Positions 13,602 through 27,749 of a stretch of 64,000 bases of DNA are shown here, one piece after another; the stretch's first letter is position 1, and each line of letters opens with the position of its first letter. A program made the translations under genes and the position numbers. The DNA comes from Octopus vulgaris. Taxonomy: Eukaryota. Under the pieces are notes generated by a model. That model was given only the letters and a program-made list of their open reading frames with translations. It searched no databases and was not told the DNA's origin. Location of the stretch: positions 98,456,001 to 98,520,000 of the forward strand of contig OX597815.1 in NCBI GenBank assembly GCA_951406725.2. The letters run 5' to 3'.

Positions 13602-15179
13602 CTCTACACAAGCAGTGCACCTCCGTACACAAGACATATCTTATACTATAGTCTACCAGTAAAACAACACCCTTCACCCAACACATTCTAGACGATCCTC
13701 ATCAATTAAAATTACTTACACCGCACACACTCCAATCAAAATAATCTAAAAGGCTACATTAAAATAGCTCCAGCAAAACCCAATTTAAAAACTGTAATAT
13801 GTAATATCGTGTGTAAATCTGGAAAAGACAATACGGTACAAAACCAACGAAGATAATATAATACCCACTTATCTAATGATATCTGGAGATTAAAATTATG
13901 TTACGGAAATCACTATTATGCATGAGGAATCTGAGTTTGCAAATCCTTGTGAACAACATGAAGTTTTGTATTTATTTCAGGTTTGAAAATATTATAGTGT
14001 TGCTAAACGTTATATATTTTAGAAATTTTTTTTACCAAACTTGAAGATATTAAATATGAGCAGCGTTATTGTACTGTCTTATATGACTCCATCATTTTGC
14101 TTTATTCTCGATTTGTGACAACTAAGGAAATTTTTCGAGTGCATGCCCATCAGTTTTTGCTGGATGTAAAAGCTGTTATACTGTTATATTGAATGAAAAG
14201 TGCTTAAACCATTTTTTTGTACATGCTTCATTCGTAATGAAAATTTAACATTGGAAAAGTATATTTTGAATATTTAAAATCTCTCTGTTCTCTATTGCTA
14301 TTTGTAAAGAAAATATAGTGAGCAAGAGAAATTAAGTGTGTGTATCGATAAAAGTATTTTCCAAATCGAAAACAAGAAATGTTTTGTGTGACTGACAAAC
14401 AGTGTAACATTTCTAAATTCCACATATTGCTGTATTATCAGTTATATTACGCTGTTCTTCAAACAAAATCTTTTTCAAAATCTCTAACGTAATGGATGTT
14501 GTGAAGAATCTTAGTCGAAAATAGACACAATTTATAAAATGCAAAAGACAATATATTTAAAAAGAAAAAAAAAATCACAAATCTCAAGAGATGTTTTAAA
14601 AATATAAACTCATAAAATGAATTTGTTTTTTCCTCCAGTTTATTATTTTAATCTTATTGTTGAATTTATTTACACTTCTATCTCTCCCGATTTATATTTA
14701 TTTGTAATTTGATTGGATTTCAAAATCATGTTTGTAAATTTTTTTAAACTCTGCAATGATATTCACGTCACAGGAAGTCATTTAACTATGTAAATCTTGG
14801 GTAATTTCTTTTTCTTTTGTGTTTTCTACTATTATTTCTTTGCCCTTTTTTATTACGTTTTTGTGGTTGTCGATATTGTTGTTTATATTACTATTAATGT
14901 TGTTGCTATTATTGTGTTGTCATTGTTATTACTATTAGTATTTGAATTATTTCTGTGTACATAAATGTTGAGTGTGAATGTTTGTGAGCGTATTTATCAC
15001 TTAATGCAAACATCCAGCTTTAAATTCAAAACTAATATTCTACTGTTATTTTCGTTGATGCTGTTGCTATTGTTTTACTATAGTTTTTTGCAATGTTATT
15101 TTTGTTTTTCTCTTTCCTTCTTCTACATGTTATAAGTTTTTTTACTCCTGTTGTTATGTTGTGCTTCTTTTATCTTTTC

Positions 15180-15617
15180 CTTCTTTAGTCATTAGCCTGC
15201 GGCCAAGCTGGGGGCTCAGCGTTGAAGAATTTCAGTCGAACTAATCGACCCCAGTACTTATTTCATTTAAGCCTGGTACTTATTCTGTCGGTCTCTTTTG
15301 CCGAACCGCTATGCTACGGGAGCGTAAACACACCAGTACCGGTTGTCAAGAGGTGGTAGAGAACAAACACGAGCGCAAAGTCACACTCACACACAAACAC
15401 ACACAGACAAACACACACATACATGCATATATATTTACATTCACCATGTTTGACCGCTAAATCTACAAGTTTTGTTTCATTCTCTATTTATTTTCTTGTA
15501 TTCCTTTCTGCTGAAGCTCGAAACGCAAAAAGACATTTTCATTATTCCGAGTGTCAAAGTAATACGCTTGCTTGTTGTTCATACACCCGTCTTCGCCTTT
15601 TGATTTCTATAAATTTC

Positions 15618-15661
<44 letters not shown>

Positions 15662-15782
15662 GTTCCCTGGGCTTCTTTCAGTTTCCATCTACCAAATCCA
15701 CTCATAAAGCTTTGGTCAGTCCGAGGCTATAGTAGAAGACACTTGCCCAAGGTACACGCAGTCGGACTGAACCCGGAACCAC
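15180..15782 (-). mobile_element. SINE family B copy split by a ~200-bp insertion (about 15440-15625) in its internal microsatellite
   Basis: The tail half (15180-15420) and head half (15665-15782) match family B. The insert contains ctttctgctgaagctcgaaacgcaaaaag. Confidence 0.85.
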
Positions 15783-15929
15783 CAAACCTCCACTTCTTCA
15801 TCCTTATGGTAGACATGATGATGTTAGTGTCGGTGCCTGCGGTCTTACCTCTGTAGGTGATAATATTAGTTATGTTGGTATTCGTGGTGGGTGGCCATGT
15901 CTGTGGCAATGATATCAACAGTGGGTGTT

Positions 15930-16573
15930 GTGATGATTTGTAGAGGTAGAAAAGGTGATAATGGTACTGTGGGTGGGGTGAATCATTTGATGATGGTGTT
16001 GGCACCTGATGGTGAGACTGATACTGATGGCGATGCAAATGGCCAATGCTGATGCTGATGCTGATGTTGATGCTGATGTTAATGCTAATGGTGATGATGA
16101 TGTTGCTGACTACGACGGCGATGAGGAAGATGTGTAGCAGGAAGAAGATGACAGCGGTGGCAGTGATAATAATGAATGAGGGGAAGGAGGATGACGACGA
16201 CGATACGGCGATGATGATGATAAGGAAGAGGAGGAGGAGGATGATGATGATGGTGATAGTGGTGATGGCGATGATGATGATGATGATGATGAAGGGGAAG
16301 ATTATAACGATGATTATGATGATGATGACGCTGATAAGAGCGATGACGATGATCGAGATGACTACGACCACGGCAGTTATGATAACAGTGATTATGTTAA
16401 TCGTGGTGATGATGACGGTGGGGGTAGAGGTAGTGTGTTTGGTGGTGGTGGTGGTGGTGGTGGCGGTAGTTGTAACGGTACTGAACGTTGCACTACTCGG
16501 TTTAATTTAGACGTCTCATCAGTATTGCATGGAATGAATGCATCAGAATTGCTTGGAAGTTCCTATTTTATAT

Positions 16574-16633
<60 letters not shown>

Positions 16634-16669
16634 GTCATCATCATCATCATCATCATCATCACCACCACC

Positions 16670-16703
<34 letters not shown>

Positions 16704-17000
16704 TCCTCATCGTCAATATCGTCATCGTCGTCGTCATCACAATCATTAATGTTGTTAACATTATTAGTAAGGCGGCGAGTTGGCAGAATCGTTTGCATGC
16801 CGCACACAACACTGTGTCTTTTCATTCTGAGTTCAAATGCCGCTGAGGTCGACTTTGCCATGTTTCCTCTTGGAGTTGATAAAATAAGCACCAGTTGAGC
16901 ACAAGGGTCGACGTAATCGACTTGCTCCAGCTTCCGAAATTGCTAGCCTTGCTTCACAATTTGAAACCATCATTATCATCATCCTTGTTATTATTATTTC

Positions 17001-17071
<71 letters not shown>

Positions 17072-17111
17072 CAGCAGTAGTAGTAGTAGAGGTAGTAGTA
17101 GTAGTAGTAGC

Positions 17112-17174
<63 letters not shown>

Positions 17175-17362
17175 GGTGGTGGTGGTGGTGGTGGTGGTGA
17201 TAGTAGTAGTAGTAGTGGTGGTGGTGGTGATAGTAGTAGTAGTAGTGGTGGTGGTGGTGGTGGTGGTAGTAGTGGTGGTAGTAGTAGTAGTAGTAGTGGT
17301 AGTTGTAGTAGTAGTAGTAGTAGGGTGTGGTAGTAGTAGTAGTAGTAGTAGTAGTAGGGGTG

Positions 17363-17394
<32 letters not shown>

Positions 17395-17395
17395 T

Positions 17396-17426
<31 letters not shown>

Positions 17427-17491
17427 GGGTGTGGTAGTAGTAGTAGGAGTGGTGGTGATGGTGGTGGTAGTAGTAGGGGTGGTGGTGATGT

Positions 17492-17527
<36 letters not shown>

Positions 17528-17600
17528 GGGTGGTGGTGGTAGTAGTAGTAGTAGTAGTAAGTAACAGCGGCTGCGTTATCGTCGTCGTCATCGCATTCAT
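15930..17600. repeat. compound degenerate trinucleotide field (GAT/GGT/CAT/TAG)
   Basis: Directly visible; it produces the poly-M/H/T/V/D ORFs. Confidence 0.9.
16769..16969 (+). mobile_element. SINE family A (type-2 tail)
   Basis: aaggcggcgagttggcagaatcg..ttctgagttcaaatgccgctgaggtcgactttgcc..gaaattgctagccttg. Confidence 0.85.
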
Positions 17601-18418
17601 CTTAACTGTTATTACTGTTAAAGGTTGTCAGTGGCGTTGTGAGTTATTTACATATTCAACTGTATTTTTGCATCAGAGAAGAGACACGAGTTCTTTTATG
17701 AAATTTAAACAAAAATTTCAAGCGTTTCCTTATCCTAGGGAAATGTTCGTCTCCTCGTGTGGATTAATGAACACTTCCAATAAAGCACAAAGGTAGACAT
17801 ACAGACATGACGCATGAACACACACACACACAAACATACTCACACACACACACACATACAGATACACACGCCCGCGTTTAAGCTTGTATGCGTGCATGTT
17901 ACTTTCTATCTTCTATGAGTAAATGTATATACATTTGTGTGTGCGCGTGTGTGTGTGTGTGTATCAGATGGCACAAACACACGCACTCCCACACATATAT
18001 GTATGAGAATACCAGGAAAGGGAGATCGCGACTCTTTTTTCAAATGCAAACTCATTGTAAACATGGATATGTATTCAATTCTTTTTTATTAATGAATCAT
18101 CACATTTCGAGATGAATCTTTTATATTACGTTCCGAGCAGTAATGTTCCTCAGTCTATTAAAGGTAAAAAAATAGTTGATAATTGTAAAAATTATGAACG
18201 TCTTATTCTGAACTGAATGATCTTAGTAAGGTTTTATTGCGCGTTTTATAGAAAGAAATCGACGATCATAGGAATGCGGTGACCGCCAAGCAAGTCACCG
18301 TAGAACTTCAGATTGTTTAACGATTAACTGAGAGACGTTTCCGGTCAATATCAGTTCAGGAGGAGTCCACTGAGTAGGCTGACGTTTCTGTTCGGCGATC
18401 TATAAACCTTCCATGGAG

Positions 18419-18551
<133 letters not shown>

Positions 18552-18686
18552 CGTGTGTGTGTGTGTTTGTGTGTGTGTGTTTGTGTGTGTCTGTGTGTGT
18601 GTGTATTTATTTCTAGCAATACTGGTGCTGAATATTTTTGCGTTTCGGCTGAAAAATTGCTAACAAACCAGCCTTATTATTTATAA

Positions 18687-19615
18687 CTAGCAAATCTACC
18701 TATCTACGAAGGAGGCATAACATGCGGGAGAGAAGTCATAACAGCAGAATATATTGAGAAATATTTAAATGAATGGATTTGATAGATAACTGGTTGATGT
18801 CTTAGAGAAATCACATTTTTTTGGTGATACAGCATTCTATTGCAGCTATATGACATGTGTTTGCGACGGTTTACTCCCGAACTGATGACGGTTTACTCCC
18901 GAACTGAAACAGGCTCCCAGATTCTGTATCATGAATGATTATGTCGACCACACCTAATGAAAGCTAGAGCTTCCTTCAACCTCTACATCAAAATGTATTA
19001 AGAAAAAAAAATGTTATTTAAGTGTATTTTTGATTTAGTTATTTACACTATTTGTACATTCAAAGTTCACAAATTTCCTTATTTAAATTATGAATCATTT
19101 TCCTTTCGATAATATCAATATGATTACAAAACTTCTTTGCAGACGATGTTTTATGTTTGGCTGACACTAATTTTCAGATTACTGAAATCCATCGGTCTAC
19201 GCATAGCGACGTATAACTGGCCGTGTGTAAACGTCGGAGTGGGTAAAAATACACCTACACAATCTTAAGTCTGACCTTGTGCCTTTTATGCTGTGAAGGC
19301 GCAAGCAGAATCTTTTGGAACCTGTCCATCTACGACGGGGAATAAAAGGACAGTATCGCAAATCTAAACCCTTTAAATTCAAGAACTATACAGTGAGGGT
19401 GGAGTGGAATCCAGAGTTAATCCTCGTCACCGGAATTTTAACAAAAAAATTAAACGTGATTTATTAATACAAAACTCAGTAGCATACTTTTTCACATTTC
19501 TTTCGCGAAAAACCTTCCTGGTTACCTCCTTCTTTATTCCAGAAATCATCGTGACCATTGGTCCAGCCGATTGACCGTGAAAAAGGAACAGATAGACAGA
19601 CATAACGCCCACTAT
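18687..19615 (-). mobile_element. Helitron 3' remnant: PIF1-like helicase C-terminus plus probable CTAG terminus
   Basis: Minus strand 19320-19130 reads ACAFTA*KAQGQT*DCVGVFLPTPTFTHGQLYVAMRR...T*NIVCKEVL*, matching the Helitron motifs KAQGQT, HGQLYVA and NIVYKEVL. TTTGCTAG|T occurs at 18687-18694. Confidence 0.75.
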
Positions 19616-19912
19616 AGTAAGATTTACACCATTATCATTTAAGAAATCAGCGTATGATTTCTACGGTGATCTTATAAGCTGACAAGGCGATTTGAGTTTA
19701 ACCCAAGGCGCCGGTGAGAGCGACTGACGAGCATTAATGTAAATGCGAAATCACTGCTAATCTGGCTACGCCCGGTGCTTAGGGTGCTTGCCTCCTTTGT
19801 CAGTAAATAAGACGGTGCGTTACTGGGGCTATGAGCTGTTTTGACTCTTATTTCTAGCAATACTGGTGCTCAATACCGCTCTCAGTATCTTTATATGTGT
19901 GCATGTGAGCGC

Positions 19913-19943
<31 letters not shown>

Positions 19944-19953
19944 TATAATACAC

Positions 19954-20033
<80 letters not shown>

Positions 20034-21732
20034 TCATAGTTTTATCTCTGTCTATATATCTTTATCTATATCTATATCTATTTATCTCTGTCTATACACA
20101 CACACATACACATATTCGATTCTTTTCAAAATCAATGTAGTGATATATTTCTGATTTCTCTTGTTTCAATTTGTTCTGGTCAGACTGGAGAATGTTAATC
20201 TTTACATACCACTATGTGTATTGAAATACGTATTTTAAATCAAGATTAAATTTGCAATCAAACAACGAAAGCCGTCCGGAATTTTTCAACAAAAATATAG
20301 TTACGTCAGGGATTACATACATGCTAAAATCAATATTAATCATCGTTATCAAAGGATTTCATAGAGAAAATAGATATACTTTTATTTGCAATACTATAAT
20401 CAAGCTAGATCAGCCTGTAAGCGAAATCAGCTTATAAATATACAAAAAATCAGCAGTTCGTATATGTACGTTCTTTGCTCTAGAAACGCATTTTTCTTCA
20501 AAACAATAAATGCAAAAATTATATAGAAGAACTATTTTTCACAATCAAAAATACAAATAATGATGTTCACTTATAATAATTTGTATGAAATCCCTGGAGG
20601 TGGATGTATATTGGTCTGAATATATTTATCTTCTCAATAGGATAAATGTTTTTCTTCTAACATTCATTTATGCCTTTGATACATGATAGCAAGCAAGAGA
20701 TAAACGAAGATTGCAAGTTAACGAAAAACTGTTGACTTTACATTGCTACGCAGAGCTTACAGCTCTAAACTGCGATAAGCATGGTACCTTCTGACATCGA
20801 AGCGTAGTTCTTTCATTCTGTATGTACTTCATTCAGTCATTCACCCAGCCTGAGATTCTGTGTGGAATGCTTCTTACTACAAAACGCAATCCATATATGA
20901 ATCGAACCGCTGAAGTTTTGTCTTATGCTACATATACTGATTAAAAAAAAAAAAAGCTGGTGATGAAAAACATGGAAGGAAGGTAACATATCATATATTA
21001 GACCTTGCAAAATTATCATACAATAAACTAATATGTGAGATAGGAAGAACGTCTGCTATCTTCCTTTTATTTCTAAGTATAAAATACAAAACAATATGGC
21101 CGGCTTCCGAGAAATATAATAATACTGTTCATTACGGTCGCAAATGAGCTGAATTTTTACATTTCCCTAATTATTACTGAGAAGGTAAATATTATGCTTA
21201 AATGCAATATTTTCCTTCGCACTGTTTTCATGTTTAAAGAATATTATTTACACAAATACGAAGAAACTAAATAGATGTTAAAACTAGTATTTCAGGTAAG
21301 AAAAACATATTGGAATTTACAATACAAGTGTAGGTTGTATCCGCAATTAAGTTAGGAAATTATAGCTGTTGCCACCGTAATTAATTTACATAGCTGCTGG
21401 CAATGTGTAAGACAGAGAAAAAGTAAAGAAATTTACTTATCTAACAATACTTGCGCATTGTTATTTATAAAATACATATACATATGATATATTTGCATAT
21501 ATTTATATATCTATATGGATACACATAAATTCACAGATACGTTTATATTACATATGTAATATATACAGATAATATATATACATACACACTCACAAACGCA
21601 TACTCAAAATATATGTGTATGGATGTATATATATATATATGTGTGTGTGTGTAAATGTATGTTTATAATGTTTATATGCATGTATGTCTTTGTGTGTAAT
21701 TATTTAAATATACATCGTATATGTATGTATGC

Positions 21733-21825
<93 letters not shown>

Positions 21826-22386
21826 TATATACGCATATATATATGTGTGTAAGTTTAGGCATATATAAGCACAATTTGGTATGAACGTAATTCAACAGTC
21901 AAACTCATCTGTGACAAGCAAAAGATGTACTACATAAAGATGAAACAAACAACGAATAACGTATAATAAAACTAACGTATCTATGCTAAAAAAATCTACT
22001 ACACTTGCGTAGACAAACACAAATATACACATACACACTAGCAAGCTCGTGCATACACAAACATGTATAATCAACTAATATAGCTATGCTATACACGCCC
22101 TTTATTAACAAATGCGTGTTTCAATAATCATATAGAAACACACGCTATACATACATACCTACATACATACATACATACATACATACATACATACATACAA
22201 ACATACAAACATACATACATACACACATAAGTATATATGTATATATATTTATATGGGCATGAATGTAAACTTATATATACATGTGTGTATATATATATAT
22301 AAATATAAGTATCTATATAGAAATATATATCAATATATAGAAAGACATATATGTATATATGTCTCTCTCTCTCTCTCTCTATCCAT

Positions 22387-22431
<45 letters not shown>

Positions 22432-23289
22432 CGTGTGTATATATATAAATTTATATATGAAAATATATATTTATGTATGTATGTATGTATATATATATAT
22501 ATGTATACATATATATATATGTGTGTGTGTGTGTGTGTATGTATGTATCTATATATATACGTGTGTATATATAAATATGTGTGTATATAAGTGAATGAAT
22601 ATGCCTACTTTAGTGTGTGTCTGTATGCTGTGTATGCGTTTTATATATACATGTAAAATGTACTTATACACCCAAACACTATCTCACGCATATATATCTA
22701 CTTACATATGTATATACACACATACACGCGCAGATATAACCAATGCATTATTAATGACAAATACTTTCATTCTTCTGTCTCACACACACACACAGAGCTG
22801 TGTCTACAAGACCTCAGCACGTGACAAATACACATTGCCGTATCATATTAAAACAACATATACCTTCATCCTCACACGCAAATAATAAAAAAAAACTTAT
22901 ACCAGGACACAGTATATTTTCTCGTCTTCTCATCTTCTGTCTAATTACATGTTAACTAATTAGTCGTTTTCATGACATTCTGTTTGTTTTTATACATATC
23001 GCATGGATCATCTTTGTGTAAACCTTTTTTTTTTTTATTTATTCATATATTTAGTTGCTGATTATTATTAATTTTTCATTTTCGTTTTTTTTTTGTTTTT
23101 TTTTGGTAGATATACGCTTACATGCTGATAATTATATAAGTATCCGATATTTCTACTTGCGCACCCATAACGTACACTCTCTCTTAGCTCCTTTCACCCT
23201 CTCTGTCTTTCAACCTTTCTCTCCTCCTACTCTCTGTCTTTCCCTAATTTCTCCTCTTCTTATGACAATATATATTTATTGTGTTTGCC

Positions 23290-23346
<57 letters not shown>

Positions 23347-23691
23347 TCACACACATCATATATACATGTATTGATGCATGTACTTGTGTGTGTGCGTGTA
23401 TACATAAATGCACACATAAGTAGTGCAGGTAAATGTTTTCATTGTAAATATACATAAAGACAAAGGAAATGATTTATTTTTACTCACACGAACACACGTG
23501 CGTGAAGTGCATGCATGTATACAGACACACTCATGCGCGGGCGGGAAATGTATGAATGTATACAAGCGCGCACCCCCCCCCTACACACACACAAACCCAC
23601 ACACACAAATACATAACACATATGCATGAATATTCTTTTCTACACCTCGCACAAGGCCCGAAACTTAGTGGCCTGAAACAGCAGAATTGAT

Positions 23692-23781
23692 GGTAAATCT
23701 GTGCAAAGCGGCTTTACTTTGCGTGCTTTAGCTTCGTTACTATGGCAACAATCCGGATACTTACTGATCATACCACGTCTA
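23692..23781 (-). mobile_element. mariner-type terminal fragment
   Basis: The minus strand starts from (TA)n with GACGTGGTATGATCAGTAAGTATCCGG, similar to the TIR at 9550 (TGAAGTGTGATCATTTAAG). Confidence 0.5.
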
Positions 23782-23806
23782 TATACATACATACATACAT
23801 ACATAG

Positions 23807-23856
<50 letters not shown>

Positions 23857-23858
<2 letters not shown>

Positions 23859-24085
23859 GGTGGTAAGGTATTTGGGGACATACATTTTTGGGCAATTGCT
23901 GCATTTTTTTGCTAGCACCGTACAATCTTTGTTTCAGAAAATAATAATACCAGACCATCACCTTACTCAAGAAATGAAGAGGCATGCTGATATTGTAGTT
24001 TTAAAGGCTGACAATAGCGATTTAGAAATATCTCGATTTTTAAAAGTTGCCAGATCATTCGTCTACAAAGTTTGTAGACGAGTTG
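23857..24085 (+). mobile_element. Tc1/mariner-superfamily 5' fragment (transposase N-terminal HTH)
   Basis: Follows (TA)n. EMKRHADIVVLKADNSDLEISRFLKVARSFVYKVCRR resembles a paired-like HTH start. Confidence 0.55.
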
Positions 24086-24449
24086 TATCTTCAACAACCA
24101 GAGGTGTTCAAAAGTCTTGTAAAATAAGCAAAGGAATCTAGAAAAGCCACGTCGCAAATGATATTCGTTAAGGTGAAACCTTATTACCATAATACCCTAC
24201 AGACCTTTAATTTCAAGGATAAGATCATTTACAACCCTTTCAACTACCAGGACAACGATGAGAAGGAAGTCATTCTTTTATCCCGTCTCACTTCAATTCT
24301 AGGTTTAATAGAGATTTGATCCTAAACTTAATAGATCCACACTGTCCACATGAGTACAATTACTGAAATGTGTTCACTACACATGCTGTTAAGAATATAG
24401 CCCTAACAAAAATAAATTATCTTACATGAAAACAACTAAACTTCTGAAG

Positions 24450-24830
24450 CGGGATGTTGCTGCAGCACTCCTAGTGCATAGTCACTGAATGGATAGACAC
24501 TGATACCATATTTCATGTGACAGACTTCGAGTATGTGGATGCGGAACAGAACATCATAGGAAAAACAGTGCATCGGGTTGGTCAAAGGATCTCTCAAACT
24601 AAAATGTCAACCAAAATGTCTCATTCAACACAAAACGTTTGGCAGTTACAAGAAGAGAATGGCATTAGCTACAAGCAAAATGTCAAAACAATCCTTAAAA
24701 GCTACCAACAAATACAAATTCTACATTGCAGAAAAGAGCATAATACTAAAGAAATTGTGGAAGCCAGTATTGTATTTTAATACATAGACCCAAATATTCT
24801 GCTTCTATTTGTACGAGAGAAAAAAGTAAT
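24450..24830 (+). mobile_element. highly decayed Penelope-like GIY-YIG C-terminal remnant
   Basis: NVWQLQEENG..KATNKYKFYIAEKSII..NT*TQIFCF resembles the PLE pattern HIWQLK..CNLCIAEK..LN.R.EI..C.H. Confidence 0.4.
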
Positions 24831-24953
24831 TATTAGTCATTAGACACATCCAAGCAAACTCTTCATACAAGTAAAGGGTTTCATCTCTCCCGTGTAAATA
24901 TTTTGGATCTAAAGTTTTCTTTCTCAAAATACTTTTCTTCGGAAGCTCTCTCC

Positions 24954-25049
<96 letters not shown>

Positions 25050-25231
25050 TTCTGCGTTTTTTTTTTGTTTGCATCTTTTCCACCTCCCTCTTATCTATTA
25101 AGTCTTCTAGAAGAAAGATACATGGGTTCGTCATAGCAGTGTGTATGTCTGCAAGAGTGTGGGTATATACAAAAGACTGCCATAATTTAGCAAGAGATAT
25201 AACGTTCTGTCGTAAGCCACCAGTGCACCTG

Positions 25232-25458
25232 GTGGCAGAAACGTTAGCACGCCGGGCGAAATGCTTAGCAGTATTTCGTCTGCCGTTACGTTCTGAGGTC
25301 AAATTCCGCCGAGGTTGACTTTGCCTTTCATCCTTTCAGGGTCGATTAAATAAGTACCAGTTACGCAGTGGGGTCGATATAATCGACTTAATCCATTTGT
25401 CTGTCCTTGTTTGTCCTCTCTGTATTTAGCCCCTTGTGGGTAGTAAAGAAATAGGTAT
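25232..25458 (+). mobile_element. SINE family A (type-1 tail), near full length
   Basis: tggcagaaacgttagcacgccgggcgaaatgc..gcctttcatcctttcagggtcgattaaataagtaccag..ccccttgtgggtagtaaagaaata. Confidence 0.92.
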
Positions 25459-25913
25459 CCTCAAACTTTCGGCCCGAAAACATTGTCTTCATGACACAGG
25501 TCACTGTGTATATTAAGGTGTGTGAAGAAATATGGATTTCTCTGCTTTAAGAAATTGTGCGTGCATGAGTGTACCTGTGCTTGTGCGTGTCTGTGTGCGC
25601 GAGTGTGTATGTGTGTTTTATGTGCGTGTGTGCGCGCGCGCATGTTATTTATATGTGTCTGTATTAATTGTGCGTTCATCTGCCGAAGTATTTGCTGGGG
25701 TAGGTGCATGTATTCATTAGGCCATTCTGCATCAAGAACAATTAAATACTTATTAACCCAGTACACATGTATTTATGTATATACATACATACACATATAA
25801 TTACCTATGTACGTATATTTCTCTATATATTTATATATATATATATATATATGAATATACGTATATATGTTTGCATATATATATATATATGCACGTATAT
25901 ATCTATATCTCTC

Positions 25914-25947
<34 letters not shown>

Positions 25948-26527
25948 TGTATATGCACGTATGTACTTACATGAATATATACATATATAGATTTATATAA
26001 AAGTCACATACAACTATATATATAAGTGCATGTATGTATGGTATATAAGCGCCGATGTGGGTGGATGCGTGCGCGTGTTTTACGCAACCGGGAATTTCAA
26101 CAACTGCAACCAAAAAAATTTTTGTATCTCATCTCTACCATTCTTACCAAGTCCATTGTTCGAAGTTTTCTAATCATTTTCTCCGTGATTTCAAAGTCAG
26201 TTTGTTATTTTTTCAGTGTTTTCATTGCTATCAACAAAATTCCAATTGTGTTTCGTATACCAAAAGTTTTGTGATATATTTTTAAAGATTTAATGTAAAA
26301 GGAGGTTCTAATCATAAAAATACACCATACAGTGATCATGCGTTGTGATCTAAGAAATTCAGCCTTACTCTTCTGTCAGTGGCTACAAAATAATAGTAGT
26401 TATTTTGCGTTGAACTATCTGTCCATATATTGGTGTATCCTTAGGTTTCTGATTATCTCTGTATGTCCACATTTGTACACATAAGGATAATATTTCAAGC
26501 GCTATAACATACAAACACACACATACG

Positions 26528-26631
<104 letters not shown>

Positions 26632-26852
26632 GTATTATTTTAAACAGTTGTTCAAAGAATAAAACAGATACACACTATGGAAATGACTTGAGGCAATCTG
26701 GCGGAGGGAATTACATAAGATTCCGTATAGAACTCAAACTAAATTAGGTGTCCATGCAAAACATTTAACTATATAAGTCAATTATACATTCAGTTAAATC
26801 AAAGGTATACATGTCTGTGTGCGCGCGCGCGTGTGTGTGGACGCACACGGAC

Positions 26853-27449
26853 GGAATCTATTCAATTTGAAGGCCAGATTTAAAATTTTCTTTTTTTTTA
26901 CTAAACACTTTGAAACTTCCGTTACTGGTAGAATGTGTCACATAGAACAAGGTTTACTCTTAACGTTTTTGACAAAATTTTGTATCAATGACGTGTAATC
27001 ACCTGAAGAAAATTACTGCTTCTGTTTGCGAACAACAAGTTCCGGGTCCATTGATAAAACGATGATATATATATATATATATATATGCACACACATTAAC
27101 AATAGGCAGAAGTTACAGATTGACAATGGCCAAATTCGTGTTTGATAAGTGCCAAAGATATATATACATATATGCCGATGATATATATACATGTATGTGC
27201 AAAAATATCTCATCACGTAATTGAACCAATGAAAGAGCCTCTTCCTGGTCGCTCGACATGCTAAAATTAGCAGCTCAAGTATCCTCCTACCTAAATCACA
27301 CGCCCATTGTACGTAATGTCGTAGATTATCTGTAAAAAGACCGTTTGCTGAATGCTGGAATGCTTTTGATGATAGGTTTGTTGAAGTTTCAATGTGTTTA
27401 GTTAAAGAAAAATAATTAAAAAATCTGGCCGTCAAATTGAATAGATCCC
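26853..27449. mobile_element. non-autonomous DNA transposon with ~67-bp TIRs (GGGATCTATTCAATTTGACGGCCAGATTTT...)
   Basis: 26853-26919 and 27383-27449 are imperfect reverse complements. Superfamily not assignable; no clean TSD. Confidence 0.75.
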
Positions 27450-27621
27450 ACAGATGAATGTTATACCGAATATAATGCAAAATTAAATATAACACTTTTA
27501 TTAACATAGGTCATTCAAATTACATTCAAATCCGACATATAAATCCTTAGCTGTGATGTCGAATCAGTTAAGAGCGTTGTAAACACATAAATATACATTT
27601 GCTACGCGGAAACTGTTTGTT

Positions 27622-27749
27622 GATCGCTCCTCAGTACAGACGCTCTCAGTACAGATTGTTCCTCAGTACAGATTGTTCCTCAATACAGATTGTTCCTCAA
27701 TACAGACGCCCTCAGTACAGATCGCTCCTCAGTACAGATGCCCTCAGTC
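27622..27749. repeat. minisatellite, about 8 units of 15/17 bp (GATYGYTCCTCARTACA)
   Basis: Units read directly from the sequence. Confidence 0.9.

Noticed and set aside
15727-17796. Long poly-T/V/M/H/D ORFs resembling mucins or acidic proteins (also 39.4-40.4 kb, 47.4-48.7 kb, 50.6-51.0 kb, 63.5-63.9 kb)
   Set aside because: Open in several frames on both strands because of trinucleotide repeats, and interrupted by SINEs; no splice or domain evidence.
18270-18400. Hairpin CGGTGAC..GTCACCG and two GAAACGTC motifs on the minus strand
   Set aside because: No properly spaced CUGANGA box or stem I; compatible with chance.
18865-18907. 22-bp tandem duplication (and a similar one at 2248-2312)
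   Set aside because: Ordinary local slippage duplications.
27622-27749. Short repeat array as a possible CRISPR
   Set aside because: Units are contiguous with no unique spacers, there are no cas genes, and the context is eukaryotic; it is a minisatellite.
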